A model generated the notes under the pieces. The model saw only the letters and a program-made list of their open reading frames with translations. It was not told the DNA's origin and made no database searches. The translations under genes were made by a program, and so were the position numbers. From the NCBI GenBank assembly GCA_964202905.1, contig CAXNJO010000002.1, positions 192,001-256,000 of the forward strand: a DNA stretch of 64,000 bases, in the 5' to 3' direction. Positions 20,572-30,203 of this stretch are shown piece after piece. How positions within the stretch are numbered: position 1 is the stretch's first letter; the number at the start of each line of letters is the position of its first letter. Source of the stretch: Polyangiales bacterium (GTDB lineage Bacteria; Myxococcota_A; Polyangia; Polyangiales; JADJQN01).

Positions 20572-20660
20572 CGGGTTGGGGGCGGTATAGGACGCCCCGC
20601 GCGGCCCGGCAATCGAAGGACCCGCGCGCTGCGCTCGGGGTCGGCGCGGTCCGCGCGACC

Positions 20661-22157
20661 TCAGCTGCGCCGGAGCCGCGCGATCACGTCGCGCGGGGCG
20701 CGCACGCGCAGGTGCGTGCCGCGCTCGTCGTACGTCTCCTCGAGGACGCGGGCCTCGGCGTGCGCCTCGGCGACGCGGCGTCCCTCGGCGTACGGGAAGA
20801 ACAGCGTCGCCTCTTCCATCCGCTCCTCGAAGGTCTCGATGATGCGGACGCGGAGGCGCGCGACGTCCGCGGGGTCGCGCGCGCTCATCGCGAAGGCATC
20901 CGGGAACTCGACGGTGAGCGCGGCGCGTGCGGCCACGGCGACGCGGTCCATCTTGTTGAGGACCAGCAGGAGGCGCTGCGCGTCGGGGCCCGTCTCCGCG
21001 GGGGTCTGCGCGTCGGGCGACGCGCCGCGCATCTCGGCGAGCACCTGCTGCGTCACCGCGAGCTGCGCGCGGAAGGCGGGATCCGAGGCGTCGACGACGT
21101 GCAGCAGGAGGTGCGCCTCCTCGGCCTCCTCGAGCGTCGAGCGGAAGGACGCGACGAGATCGTGCGGGAGCTGCTTGATGAAGCCGACGGTGTCGGACAC
21201 GAGCACCCGCGGCCGCGACTCGGGCTGCAAGGGACGCACCGTGGTGTCGAGCGTCGCGAAGAGCTTGTCGGCGACGTAGACCTCGCTGCCGGTGAGCGCG
21301 CGCATGAGCGAGGATTTGCCGGCGTTCGTGTAGCCGACGAGCGCGACGGTCGCCTGATCCGCGCGGCGCTTGCGGCGCGTGCCGCTGTCGCGCTCGATCG
21401 CGGCGAGCTCTTCGCGCAGCTCGGCGATGCGGTCGCGGATCTTGCGGCGGTCGAGCTCGAGCGCGCTCTCGCCCGCGCCCTTGCCGCCGACGCCGCCGCG
21501 CACGCGGTCGCCGCCGCCGCCGACGCCCTCGCGGAGCCGTGGCGTGAGGTAGCCGAGGCGCGCGATCTCGACCTGCAACCGCGCCTCGCGCGTGCGCGCG
21601 TGGCGATGGAAGATGGCGAGGATCACGGCCGTTCGGTCGAGCACCTCGCCGCCCGTCGCGCGCTCGAGGTTGCGCGCCTGCGAGGGCGAGAGCTCGTGGT
21701 CGACGAGCACCATCGTCGCGACGACGCCGCGCGGCGGAACCGTCGGGAAGCCGGGGCCGTCGGCCTCGTCCTCCTCGGGGGCGGTGTCGGGCTCGTCGTC
21801 CTCCGGGAGCGCGGCGTCGGCCTCGAGCGTCTCGGGCAGCGCGGCGTCGGCGTCTTCGTCCGCGTCGGAGGCGGCATGCGCGCCGGCCTTCGTGACCTTC
21901 TTCTTCGCGGCGCTCGGGATGACGCCCGACCCGCCCGTCCACGCGGCGAGGTCGCGGAGCTTGCCGGCGCCGATCACGGCCGCGCGGGCGAGCGCGCTGC
22001 GCTTCTGCACGACGCAGCCGACGACGTCGAGGCCGAGCGTCGTGGCGAGTCGCGCGAGCTCCTCGAGAGACGAGCGGTGCTCGGCCGCGTCGAGGCCGGG
22101 CAGGCGCACGCCGACGATCACGGCCTTTGGACGTTCTTCGGGATCGAGGGGTTCCAA
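20661..22157 (-). CDS. hflX: Ribosome-splitting GTPase HflX (TTG start inferred)
   Basis: SLEELARLA, LSPSQARNLE, HARTREARLQVEIA, GESALELDRR, GYTNAGKSS, LFATLDTT, DTVGFI, NKMD. Confidence 0.95.
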   Translation of the reverse strand: MEPLDPEERPKAVIVGVRLPGLDAAEHRSSLEELARLATTLGLDVVGCVVQKRSALARAAVIGAGKLRDLAAWTGGSGVIPSAAKKKVTKAGAHAASDADEDADAALPETLEADAALPEDDEPDTAPEEDEADGPGFPTVPPRGVVATMVLVDHELSPSQARNLERATGGEVLDRTAVILAIFHRHARTREARLQVEIARLGYLTPRLREGVGGGGDRVRGGVGGKGAGESALELDRRKIRDRIAELREELAAIERDSGTRRKRRADQATVALVGYTNAGKSSLMRALTGSEVYVADKLFATLDTTVRPLQPESRPRVLVSDTVGFIKQLPHDLVASFRSTLEEAEEAHLLLHVVDASDPAFRAQLAVTQQVLAEMRGASPDAQTPAETGPDAQRLLLVLNKMDRVAVAARAALTVEFPDAFAMSARDPADVARLRVRIIETFEERMEEATLFFPYAEGRRVAEAHAEARVLEETYDERGTHLRVRAPRDVIARLRRS

Positions 22158-22204
22158 GACGCCGCGAGCGTGCGTGCCCCGGCCGGGGCGCGCAACCGGC
22201 GCCG

Positions 22205-25200
22205 TCAGCGCCGGTAGGCCCAGAGCACCGTCTCGCTCGAGACGGCGCCGCGGTCGACGACGAGCTGTTGGTAGGCGCTGCCCATGCGCACATCCGTCAC
22301 GTGCTGCCCGAACTGCGTGTGGAGGTAGTGCGTGAGCTCGCCGACCGTGAGGACGCGGTCCTGTGGGTCGTTGTCGGCGGCGCCCTGCATGGCGTTCCGG
22401 ATGAAGTGGCTGAGGTAGCCGCCGGCCTCGAACTGCTGCGCGACGCCGGAGGTGACGTCCTCCTCGGAGGAGAAGAGCCCGATGCGGCCGGGGCGCGTGA
22501 TGACGTCCTTCGCGAAGCCGCCGGCGAAGCACGAGTCGAGTGCGAGGATCGACGTGCGCGCGCGGACGGAGTCGAAGAGCGAGCCCATCTCGTCGTCGAG
22601 CAGCTCGCCGTCGTAGAGCACGAGGCTCTCGTCGTTCCCGTCGATCTCACGCGTGTCGGTGCTGCCCGGGCGGCGGTTGCCGTGCCCAGAGTAGAAGAAC
22701 ACGAAGACGTCGTCGGGCCCCATCTGCTGCGCGAAGCGCTGGATCGCGCCGCGCACCGCGCCCACGGTGGCCTGCCCGTCGGTGAGCACGACCTGCGTCG
22801 AGCCGTCGACGAGCCCACCCTGCGTGAGCGTCTCGCTCATCTTGCGGGCGTCGTTCGCGCACTCCGGCAGGTCGTTGACGCCACCGGGGTAGTCGGTGAT
22901 GCCGGCGAAGACGCCGAACACGCGCCCGCCCTGCTGCGGGCCGCCCGCCGCGATGCTGCCCGGCCCCGGACCCGCGCCGGGGACCGAGGCGCCGCGGCCG
23001 AACGTGAGCGTGTAGGCGCCCGTCTCGCCCGCGCGGTAGCTCGTCACCTGGATCGTGTAGGAGCCGGACTCGGCCATCGGCAGATCGATGCCGGCGTCGC
23101 GCACGCCGGGCGTGAGGTCGTCGTTGTCGACCTGCCGGCCCGAGGGCGTGCGCACGATGAGGTACGGGTCGAACGCCGTCGACGTCAGCCGCAGCTGCAC
23201 GCCCGCGCCCTGCGGGAGCGTCACGGTGTGCGTGTCGACGAACTCACCCGAGGGCAGCGTCTGATCGCCGCGCGCGAGCGAGCCGCGGATCGGCGCCGCG
23301 CCGCCCGTGGGGGCCGGCTCCGTCGCGGGCGGATTGCCCGGCGGTGCGGCGGGCTGCGCGCCGGGGGCACCGATGACGAGCTCGTAGGCCCCGGACATGC
23401 CGGGGCGGTAGCTCGTCGCGACGATGCGGTAGTCGCCCGCCTCGCTCGCCTGGAGCGTGAGCGCAGAGTTCGTCGTGCCCTGCGCGACGTCGTCGTTGGT
23501 CTCCTGGCGCCCCGAGGGCGTGGTCACGGTGAGCAGCGTGTCGAACTCGGTCGAGTGCAGTTGCAGCTGCACCGTCGCGCCCGCCGGGAGCGTGACGACC
23601 TCCTCGTCGAAGAACTCGCCCGCAGGCAGCGTGCGGTCGCCCTGTGCGAGCGTGCCGCGCACGGTGCGGAAGGTCGGACCCGACGCGGCCGCCCCGCCGA
23701 CCGCGCCGCCCGCGACCGCGCCGCCCCCGGCCGCCGCTGCGACGGCCCCGGAGACGGTGAGCGTGTAGGCGCCCTGCTCGCCCGCTCGGTAGCTCGTCGC
23801 GGTCAGCCGGTGCGGGCCCGTCTGCGTCACGACGTAGTCGAGGCCCGCCGTGCGATCGGTGGGGGTGAGATCGTCGTTGTCGGCCTGCGGCCCCGAGGGC
23901 GGGTGCACGATGAGGTACGGGTCGAAGGCCGCGGACGCGAGGCGGATCCGCACCGTGGTCCCCGCGACGAGGTCGACGGTGTGCACGTCGGACAGCTCGC
24001 CCGAGCGCAGCTGCGTGTCGCCCGCCGCGAGCGCGCCCTCGATGGTGCGGGTCGCGCCCCCCGAGGGAGCCTGCGCGCCGCCGCCCGCAGGCGGCCCCGC
24101 GGCGACCACCGCGGACGCGCGCTGCGCCGGGAGGACCTTCAGCTCGTAGGCGCCCGTCTCGCCGACGCGGTACGAGGTCGCGAAGACGAGATAGCGCCCA
24201 CCCGCCGTCGCCGCGAGTTCGATCGACGCGTTGCGCGTGCCGCCAGCGTCGTCGTTTTCGACGCGGTGCCCGTTCGGGCCGACGACGACGAGGTAGGCGT
24301 CGAACGCCTCCGACGCGAGATCGATCGCGTAGAACGCCCCCGCGGGGGCCTCGAGCGCGTAGACGTCCGTGAGCTCGTTCGTGAGCAGCGTCTGGTCACC
24401 CTGCGCCAGCGCACCGCGGACGCGCTGGCCGACGCTCACCGGCGCGGCCGTCGGCGCGGTGGGCGTGCGGTGGTTCGCGGCCGTCGCCTCACCGACGCTC
24501 GGCGCGCCCTCGCCTTGCGCGGTGTCGGTGACGGCGACGTTCCAGCGGGCGCCGCGACCGGGCGCCGGCGCGATCACCTGCACCCGGTGCATCTGCGCGC
24601 CCGGCAGCACGAACACGCCGTTCGCCTGCTGCGCGACGGCCTGGCCGCGCGCGTTCGTCACGAGCACGCGCAGCGGGTCCTGGCTCGGCGAGGAGACCGT
24701 GACCGTGACCGGATGGGGGCGCGGCGTGCTCACGACGATCGTGTCGAAGAAGGCCCCGTCGGACGCGGCGCCGTCGCCCGCCTCGAGCGCCCCCTCGGTG
24801 CTCTGGCCGGGACCGAGGAACACGCTCTGCGGCGTGGCCGCGGCCGCGGCAGCGACCACCCCGGGTCCGGTCTGCACGGCGACCGCCGGCGCGGCGCGGA
24901 GCACCACGACGCGGTACGCGCCCGTCGCCGTCGGCGCGAAGCTCGAGACCTGCACCTTGAGCGTGCCGGGGACCGCCGCGACGAGCTCGAGGCGCGAGCG
25001 CTGTCGGTCGCCGTTCCAGTCGTCGTTGACGAGGTGCCCGCCGCCGGGCGCGGTGAGCTCGAGCATCGGGTCGAAGTCGGCCGACGTGACCTCGACGTAG
25101 AGCCGTTCCCCGGCCTGCACGAGCACGTCGTAGCGGTCGGCGTGCGAGAGGCCGACCCGCGCGTCGCTCGCGGCGAGCGCGCCCGTGACGTCGAGGAGCG

Positions 25201-25342
25201 CACCTGGGATGGGTTGCGCCGCGGTCGGCGCTGCGGGGGCGACCGCCGCCGACTGGCCGCCGCACGAGGCGAGCAGCGCGAGCACGAAGGGGGCGAGCCG
25301 GAGCGAACGAACGCGGAGCGACGCGGCGAAGGGCGATGTCAC
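22205..25342 (-). CDS. Lipoprotein with ~6 PPC-like beta-sandwich repeats and a C-terminal caspase (peptidase C14) domain
   Basis: Lipobox LALLASC; repeats FDPYL...NDD...TSYRxGExGAYxL; FFYSGHG and LDSCFAGG catalytic His/Cys motifs; SD GAGGAGG upstream. Confidence 0.9.
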   Translation of the reverse strand: MTSPFAASLRVRSLRLAPFVLALLASCGGQSAAVAPAAPTAAQPIPGALLDVTGALAASDARVGLSHADRYDVLVQAGERLYVEVTSADFDPMLELTAPGGGHLVNDDWNGDRQRSRLELVAAVPGTLKVQVSSFAPTATGAYRVVVLRAAPAVAVQTGPGVVAAAAAATPQSVFLGPGQSTEGALEAGDGAASDGAFFDTIVVSTPRPHPVTVTVSSPSQDPLRVLVTNARGQAVAQQANGVFVLPGAQMHRVQVIAPAPGRGARWNVAVTDTAQGEGAPSVGEATAANHRTPTAPTAAPVSVGQRVRGALAQGDQTLLTNELTDVYALEAPAGAFYAIDLASEAFDAYLVVVGPNGHRVENDDAGGTRNASIELAATAGGRYLVFATSYRVGETGAYELKVLPAQRASAVVAAGPPAGGGAQAPSGGATRTIEGALAAGDTQLRSGELSDVHTVDLVAGTTVRIRLASAAFDPYLIVHPPSGPQADNDDLTPTDRTAGLDYVVTQTGPHRLTATSYRAGEQGAYTLTVSGAVAAAAGGGAVAGGAVGGAAASGPTFRTVRGTLAQGDRTLPAGEFFDEEVVTLPAGATVQLQLHSTEFDTLLTVTTPSGRQETNDDVAQGTTNSALTLQASEAGDYRIVATSYRPGMSGAYELVIGAPGAQPAAPPGNPPATEPAPTGGAAPIRGSLARGDQTLPSGEFVDTHTVTLPQGAGVQLRLTSTAFDPYLIVRTPSGRQVDNDDLTPGVRDAGIDLPMAESGSYTIQVTSYRAGETGAYTLTFGRGASVPGAGPGPGSIAAGGPQQGGRVFGVFAGITDYPGGVNDLPECANDARKMSETLTQGGLVDGSTQVVLTDGQATVGAVRGAIQRFAQQMGPDDVFVFFYSGHGNRRPGSTDTREIDGNDESLVLYDGELLDDEMGSLFDSVRARTSILALDSCFAGGFAKDVITRPGRIGLFSSEEDVTSGVAQQFEAGGYLSHFIRNAMQGAADNDPQDRVLTVGELTHYLHTQFGQHVTDVRMGSAYQQLVVDRGAVSSETVLWAYRR

Positions 25343-25438
25343 GGACGGACCTCCTCGGAAGCCCGCAATGTACCCGAAGTCGCGTGGTCGGCGTGCGCGC
25401 TTTGCGGCAGCGGGACGCGGGGGTCAACATCGCCCGCG

Positions 25439-26671
25439 ATGCGCCGACGCGTTCGTCCCGGCTCCCCGCGCGAGGGCGGCGCCGCCCCCACCCCCGCGCC
25501 ACGCCGCGAGCCGCTCTTCGCCGCGCTCGATCACGGCGCGATGTCGGCGACGTTCCTCGGCCGCACGGTGCGCCTCACGACCGGGCGCGGTCTGTTCTCC
25601 GCGGATCGCCTCGACGACGGGACGCGCCTGCTCCTCGCGCATCTGCCGCCCGCGCTCGCGCACGACGACGCCGACGTCGACGTGCTCGACCTCGGCTGCG
25701 GCTACGGCGCGCTCGGTCTGCCCATCGCAGCGGCGCGGCCGCGCACGCGCCTCACGCTCGTCGATCGCGATCTCGTCGCGGTCGCGTACGCCGCGGGCAA
25801 CGCCGCGACGCTCGGTCTCGCGAACGCGCATTGCGAGGGCGGCCTCGGATACCGGGACTTGCCGCCGGATGCGCGCTTCGACGTGGTGCTCTGCAACGTG
25901 CCGGCGCGGCTCGGCGACGCCAGCGATCGCGCACCTGTTCGCGGGCGGTGCCGCGCGGCTGCGTCTCGGGCGGCACGCTCCACGCGGTCGTCATCCGCGA
26001 CCTCGGGCCCATGGTCGAGCGCGTCGACCCGGCCGCACGCGAGGTCGCACGGAGCGCGCGGCACATCGTCTACGCACGCGCTGCGGGCGCCGCGGCGGCA
26101 CGCGCCGAGGACGACCCCGCACGTCTACGCGCGGGACACCGTGACGCTCGACGGGCGCGCCCTCGCCCGGCCGCACGACCTCGGCGAGGACCCGGCGCAC
26201 CTGCGCGAGGCGCTCCCGTTGCTGCTCGACGTGCTCCCGCGGCACTGCCCGGCCCGTCGTGCCCTCGTCCTGCGCGGCGGCTACGGGGTCGCGGCGCTCG
26301 CGCTCGCCGCGCGCGGGGCGGACGTCGTCGCCGCCGACCGCGACCTGCTCGCGACGGCCTTCACCCGACGCAACGCGGCGCTGCACGGCCTCGCGGTCGA
26401 GACGCGCGAGGTGGCGTGGCTGCCGGACGCGGCGCGGGACGGCGAGCGCTTCGACCTCGTCGTGGCGGAGACCTCCGACGCAGGCGGCACCGACGCGACG
26501 CTCCGCGAGATCACGAGCGTCCGCAAGCGACTCACGCCGCGCGGCGAGGCGCTCTGGCTCACGCGCGGCAAGCACGTCGACGCGCTCGTGCGCGCCCTCG
26601 AGGCCCACGGACGCGCGCCGCGCCCGCTCGCGACCCGCGGTTCCTTCGCGGTTCTTCGGGACGCCCCCTGA
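25439..26671 (+). CDS. RsmC/MTS-like SAM-dependent methyltransferase with two MTase domains; three apparent +1 frameshifts at ~25915-26120
   Basis: GLFSADRLDDGTRLLL, VLDLGCGYGALG, VDRD, FDVVLCNVP; second domain LRGGYG...ADRD...FDLVV. Confidence 0.75.
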   Translation: MRRRVRPGSPREGGAAPTPAPRREPLFAALDHGAMSATFLGRTVRLTTGRGLFSADRLDDGTRLLLAHLPPALAHDDADVDVLDLGCGYGALGLPIAAARPRTRLTLVDRDLVAVAYAAGNAATLGLANAHCEGGLGYRDLPPDARFDVVLCNVPARLGDASDRAPVRGRCRAAASRAARSTRSSSATSGPWSSASTRPHARSHGARGTSSTHALRAPRRHAPRTTPHVYARDTVTLDGRALARPHDLGEDPAHLREALPLLLDVLPRHCPARRALVLRGGYGVAALALAARGADVVAADRDLLATAFTRRNAALHGLAVETREVAWLPDAARDGERFDLVVAETSDAGGTDATLREITSVRKRLTPRGEALWLTRGKHVDALVRALEAHGRAPRPLATRGSFAVLRDAP

Positions 26672-26708
26672 GCGCGCGGCACCGCCGCCCGATCCACGAC
26701 ACGGACGC

Positions 26709-26832
26709 CTCGGCACGCTGCCCCTCGGGACACTGGCCTCTCGAAACGTTGACTCTCGAGACACGGATTCCTCGAAACGCTGACCCTCGAGACACGGACG
26801 TCTCGAGACGCTGACCCTCGAGACACGGGCCC
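26709..26832. repeat. 4 x 31-bp degenerate tandem repeat (CTCGAAACGCTGACCCTCGAGACACGGACGT)
   Basis: Units at 26709, 26740, 26771 and 26802, plus a partial unit upstream; intergenic. Confidence 0.9.
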
Positions 26833-26985
26833 CGCGAGCCGCAGGCCCCTCGAGGCGGTGGGCCCCGCGAGCCCGGATCTCGGGCCCTGCCAAGGACCCG
26901 TCGGGTGCGGCGCCAATGCTATCCACCGCGGCGCGAGGCGTGCATACTGCGGCCATCGCCTCCGCGACATCCCCGAGGATTCCCC

Positions 26986-29179
26986 GTGACGAACGCGTCA
27001 CGCTCCGGCTCCGCCCCCGCCGCCCCGCACCTCCGCCGCGCCTCCTCCGCCCGCCGCGGGAGGCGACGCCGCCGGCGAGGAGCAGCTCCCCAAGCGCTTC
27101 GGCAAGTACACGCTGATCCGCAAGATCGCCATCGGCGGCATGGCCGAGATCTTCCTCGCGCTGCAGCGCAGCGTCGCGGGCTTCGAGAAGATCATCGTCG
27201 TCAAGCGCATCCTCCCGCACCTCGCGAAGGACTCGCAGTTCGTCACGATGCTCCTCGACGAGGCGCGCATCGCCGCCACGCTCAACCACCCGAACGTCGC
27301 GCAGATCTACGACGTCGGTCAGCACGACGGGCAGTTCTACATCGCCATGGAGCACGTCCACGGCGAAGATCTCCGCAGCGTCGTGCGCGCGATGAAGGGG
27401 AAGAACGTCACGTCCTTCCCGCTCGAGCACTCGCTCGCGATCATCCTCGGCATGAGCGCCGGGCTCTCGTACGCGCACGAGCAGCGCACGCTCGACGGCG
27501 AGCCGATGAACATCGTGCACCGCGACGTCAGCCCGCAGAACGTGCTGGTCACGTTCAACGGCGACGTGAAGCTCGTCGACTTCGGCATCGCGAAGGCCGG
27601 CCGCAGCAGCGCCGAGGACACCAAGAGCGGCAAGCTCAAGGGCAAGGTCCCCTACATGAGCCCCGAGCAGGCGCAGGGCCTCGAGCTCGACGCGCGCTCG
27701 GACGTCTTCGCGCTCGGCGTGATGCTCTTCGAGCTGACCACCGGGCGCCGCCTCTTCCGCGGCGGCACCGACTTCGAGACGTTGAAGATGATCGTCGAGC
27801 AGCCGTATCCGGCGCCCCGCTCGATCAACCCGAACCTCTCGCCGCGCCTCGAGGCCATCATCCAGCGCGCCCTCGAGAAGGACGTCGCCCGCCGCTACCA
27901 GTCCGCGCGCGAGCTGCAGGCCGAGCTCGAGGACTACATCCGGCAAGAGAAGCTCGCCGTCAGCCCCATCTCGCTCGGCGAGTGGATGCAGATGCTCTTC
28001 GCCGAGAAGCTCTCCCAGCAGAAGCAGATGCTGATGGAGGGCCGGCAGCTCGCGGAGATCATCGCGGTGCAGGCCGCCGCCGAAGAAGAGGCCGAGCGCG
28101 CGCTGCAGACCAACTCCGGCGTGCGCGATCGCAAGCCGAGCCGCGCGCCCTGGATCGCGCTCGCGGCGGTGCTCGTCGCCGCGATCGCGGGCGGCGCCTT
28201 CCTGACGATGCGGCTGCGCAGCGCCGAGGCGCCCCGCGGGCCAGGCGTGCTCGTCGTGCAGAGCACGCCGCCCGGCGCCGCGATCTGGCTCGACGGCGAC
28301 CTGCAGAACGCGCGCACGCCGGCGACCCTGCGGCAGCTCCCGGTCGGCGTCGCGCACTCGCTCAAGCTCACGCACGACGGCTACGCGCCCTTCACGCAGA
28401 GCCTCTTGATGACGCAGGCGCAGCCGCGCGCCGAGGTGACGGCGACGCTCGCGCGGCAGAGCGCCGCCGACCTCTCCGTCGTGAACGTCCGGTCCACGCC
28501 GCCCGGCGCGCGCGTGCTCTTCGACGGGCGCGACACCGGCAAGACGACGCCCGCGACGCTCCCCGAGATCGCGCCGGGCGTCGAGCACACCATCGCGCTC
28601 TCGCTCGACGGCTGGGTCACCCGGAGCGAGACGCTGCTCCTCGAGCGTGGCCAGGTGCGCGACCTCGCGGCGACGCTCGAGCGCGCGCCGCTCGGGCCCG
28701 CGGAGGCGCTCCTCACCATCACGGCCGACCCCCCGGACACGCGCGTGCGCCTCGGCGATCGCGTGCTCGAGGGCGGGAGTCCGTGGGAGGTGCGCCTCCC
28801 GGCGGCGCGCATGCGGCTCGTGCTCGAGCACGCCGGCTACCGGACCCAGGAGCACAACCTCGCGCCGGCGGGTGGGCAGGCGACGCCGCTCTCGTACCAG
28901 CTCGAGCGGGAGCGTGAGCGCGACCGCCCAAGCGGCGGCGAGACAGCGACCCCGCCGCCCTCCGCGGGCGGTCCGGGCACGCTCACCTTCGCGGCAACGC
29001 CCTGGTGCAACGTGACGATCGACGGCGCACCCGCGGGGCAGACGCCGATCGTCAACAAGCAGCTGCCCGCAGGGCGTCACCGCATCGTCTGCGAGAACCC
29101 GGAGATCGGGGCGTCCCGTACGGTGCAGGTCGAGATCGTCGCGGGGCAGGCGACGCGGCAGCGCGTCTCGCTGCCGTAG
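26986..29179 (+). CDS. Membrane Ser/Thr protein kinase with multiple PEGA domains; likely frameshift near the start (~27000)
   Basis: FGKYTLIRKIAIGGMAEIF extends upstream of the track ORF (27140); HRDVSPQN, DFG, GKVPYMSPEQ; TM helix; 3-4 PEGA units. GTG 26986 follows GAGGA but is out of frame by 1. Confidence 0.9.
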
Positions 29180-29240
29180 GCCGCCGGCCGCGTCCGCAGG
29201 GCGCGACCGCCTCCCGCGCCGAAGGACGCCCCACGACGCG

Positions 29241-30203
29241 ATGTCGCCCGCTCTCCCCGACGCGCCCCGCCGCTCCACGCAGCGGGCGCGCGCGCTGCTC
29301 GCGCTGAAGGTGCTCGTGACCTGCGCGGTGTTCGCGTACCTCGCGACGCTGGTGCGCGGCCCGGCGCTCGCGGCGGCGTTCGGGCGCGCGACGGCGCCGC
29401 GCTTCGTGGGCGCGATCGCGGTCGCGCTGATCGCGATCGCGGTCGGCGCCGCGCGCTGGGGTGCGCTCGTCACCGCCTACGGCGCACCGGCGCGCCCGCC
29501 GTTCTTGCGCCTCATTCGCCTCTATTTGATTGGGTATTTCTACAATTTTCTGCCGGGCGCGGTGGGCGGCGACGTCGTGCGCGGGCTCGCGACGCGCGAG
29601 AGTTTCGGCGCAGGCGGCGGCACGGCGGCGGTGGCGGTGGTGCTCGTCGAGCGCGTCCTCGGGCTCACCGGGCTCCTCGGCATCACGGCGACGATGGCGC
29701 TCCTGCGGCCCGCGCAGGCCGTGGCGGACGTGCTGCCGTGGTCGCTGCTCGGGCTGGGGATCGCGGGCTGTGCCGTCGCCGGCATCTCCCTCGCGCACCG
29801 CGTCGCGCCGCGCCTCCCGCGGCTCCTCCGAGCCTTCGCGGGGCGCCTCCCTGCGCTGACGCGACCGAGGGCGTTCGTCGGCGCGCTCGTGCTCTCCTTC
29901 GGGACGCAGTCGCTCGTCGCGCTCGCCGCGCACCTCATCCTCGCGGAGATCGCGCCCGCGGTGACGCTCGCCGACTCGCTCGCGCTCGTCCCGCTCGCCT
30001 CGGCGGCCGCGTATTTTCCGCTCACGCCGGGGGGTGCGGGCGCGCGCGAGGGCGCCTTCGTCGCGCTCTTCGCCGCCATCGGCGTCGCCCGCGAGGATGC
30101 GCTCGCCGCGTCGCTGCTGATCCTCGCGGCGAACCTCTGCGTCGCCGCGATCGGCGGCGCGCTGCAGCTCGCCACGCCACGCGACGAGACGGGGGCGCGT
30201 TGA
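29241..30203 (+). CDS. Lysylphosphatidylglycerol-synthase TM-domain (UPF0104, flippase-like) protein
   Basis: RW...IGYFYNFLPGAVGGDVVR, VLVER and PLTPGGAGAREG motifs. Confidence 0.88.
   Translation: MSPALPDAPRRSTQRARALLALKVLVTCAVFAYLATLVRGPALAAAFGRATAPRFVGAIAVALIAIAVGAARWGALVTAYGAPARPPFLRLIRLYLIGYFYNFLPGAVGGDVVRGLATRESFGAGGGTAAVAVVLVERVLGLTGLLGITATMALLRPAQAVADVLPWSLLGLGIAGCAVAGISLAHRVAPRLPRLLRAFAGRLPALTRPRAFVGALVLSFGTQSLVALAAHLILAEIAPAVTLADSLALVPLASAAAYFPLTPGGAGAREGAFVALFAAIGVAREDALAASLLILAANLCVAAIGGALQLATPRDETGAR

Noticed and set aside
26709..26832. Possible CRISPR array (also considered for 5777-5833)
   Set aside because: Head-to-tail repeats without unique spacers; no cas genes in the window.
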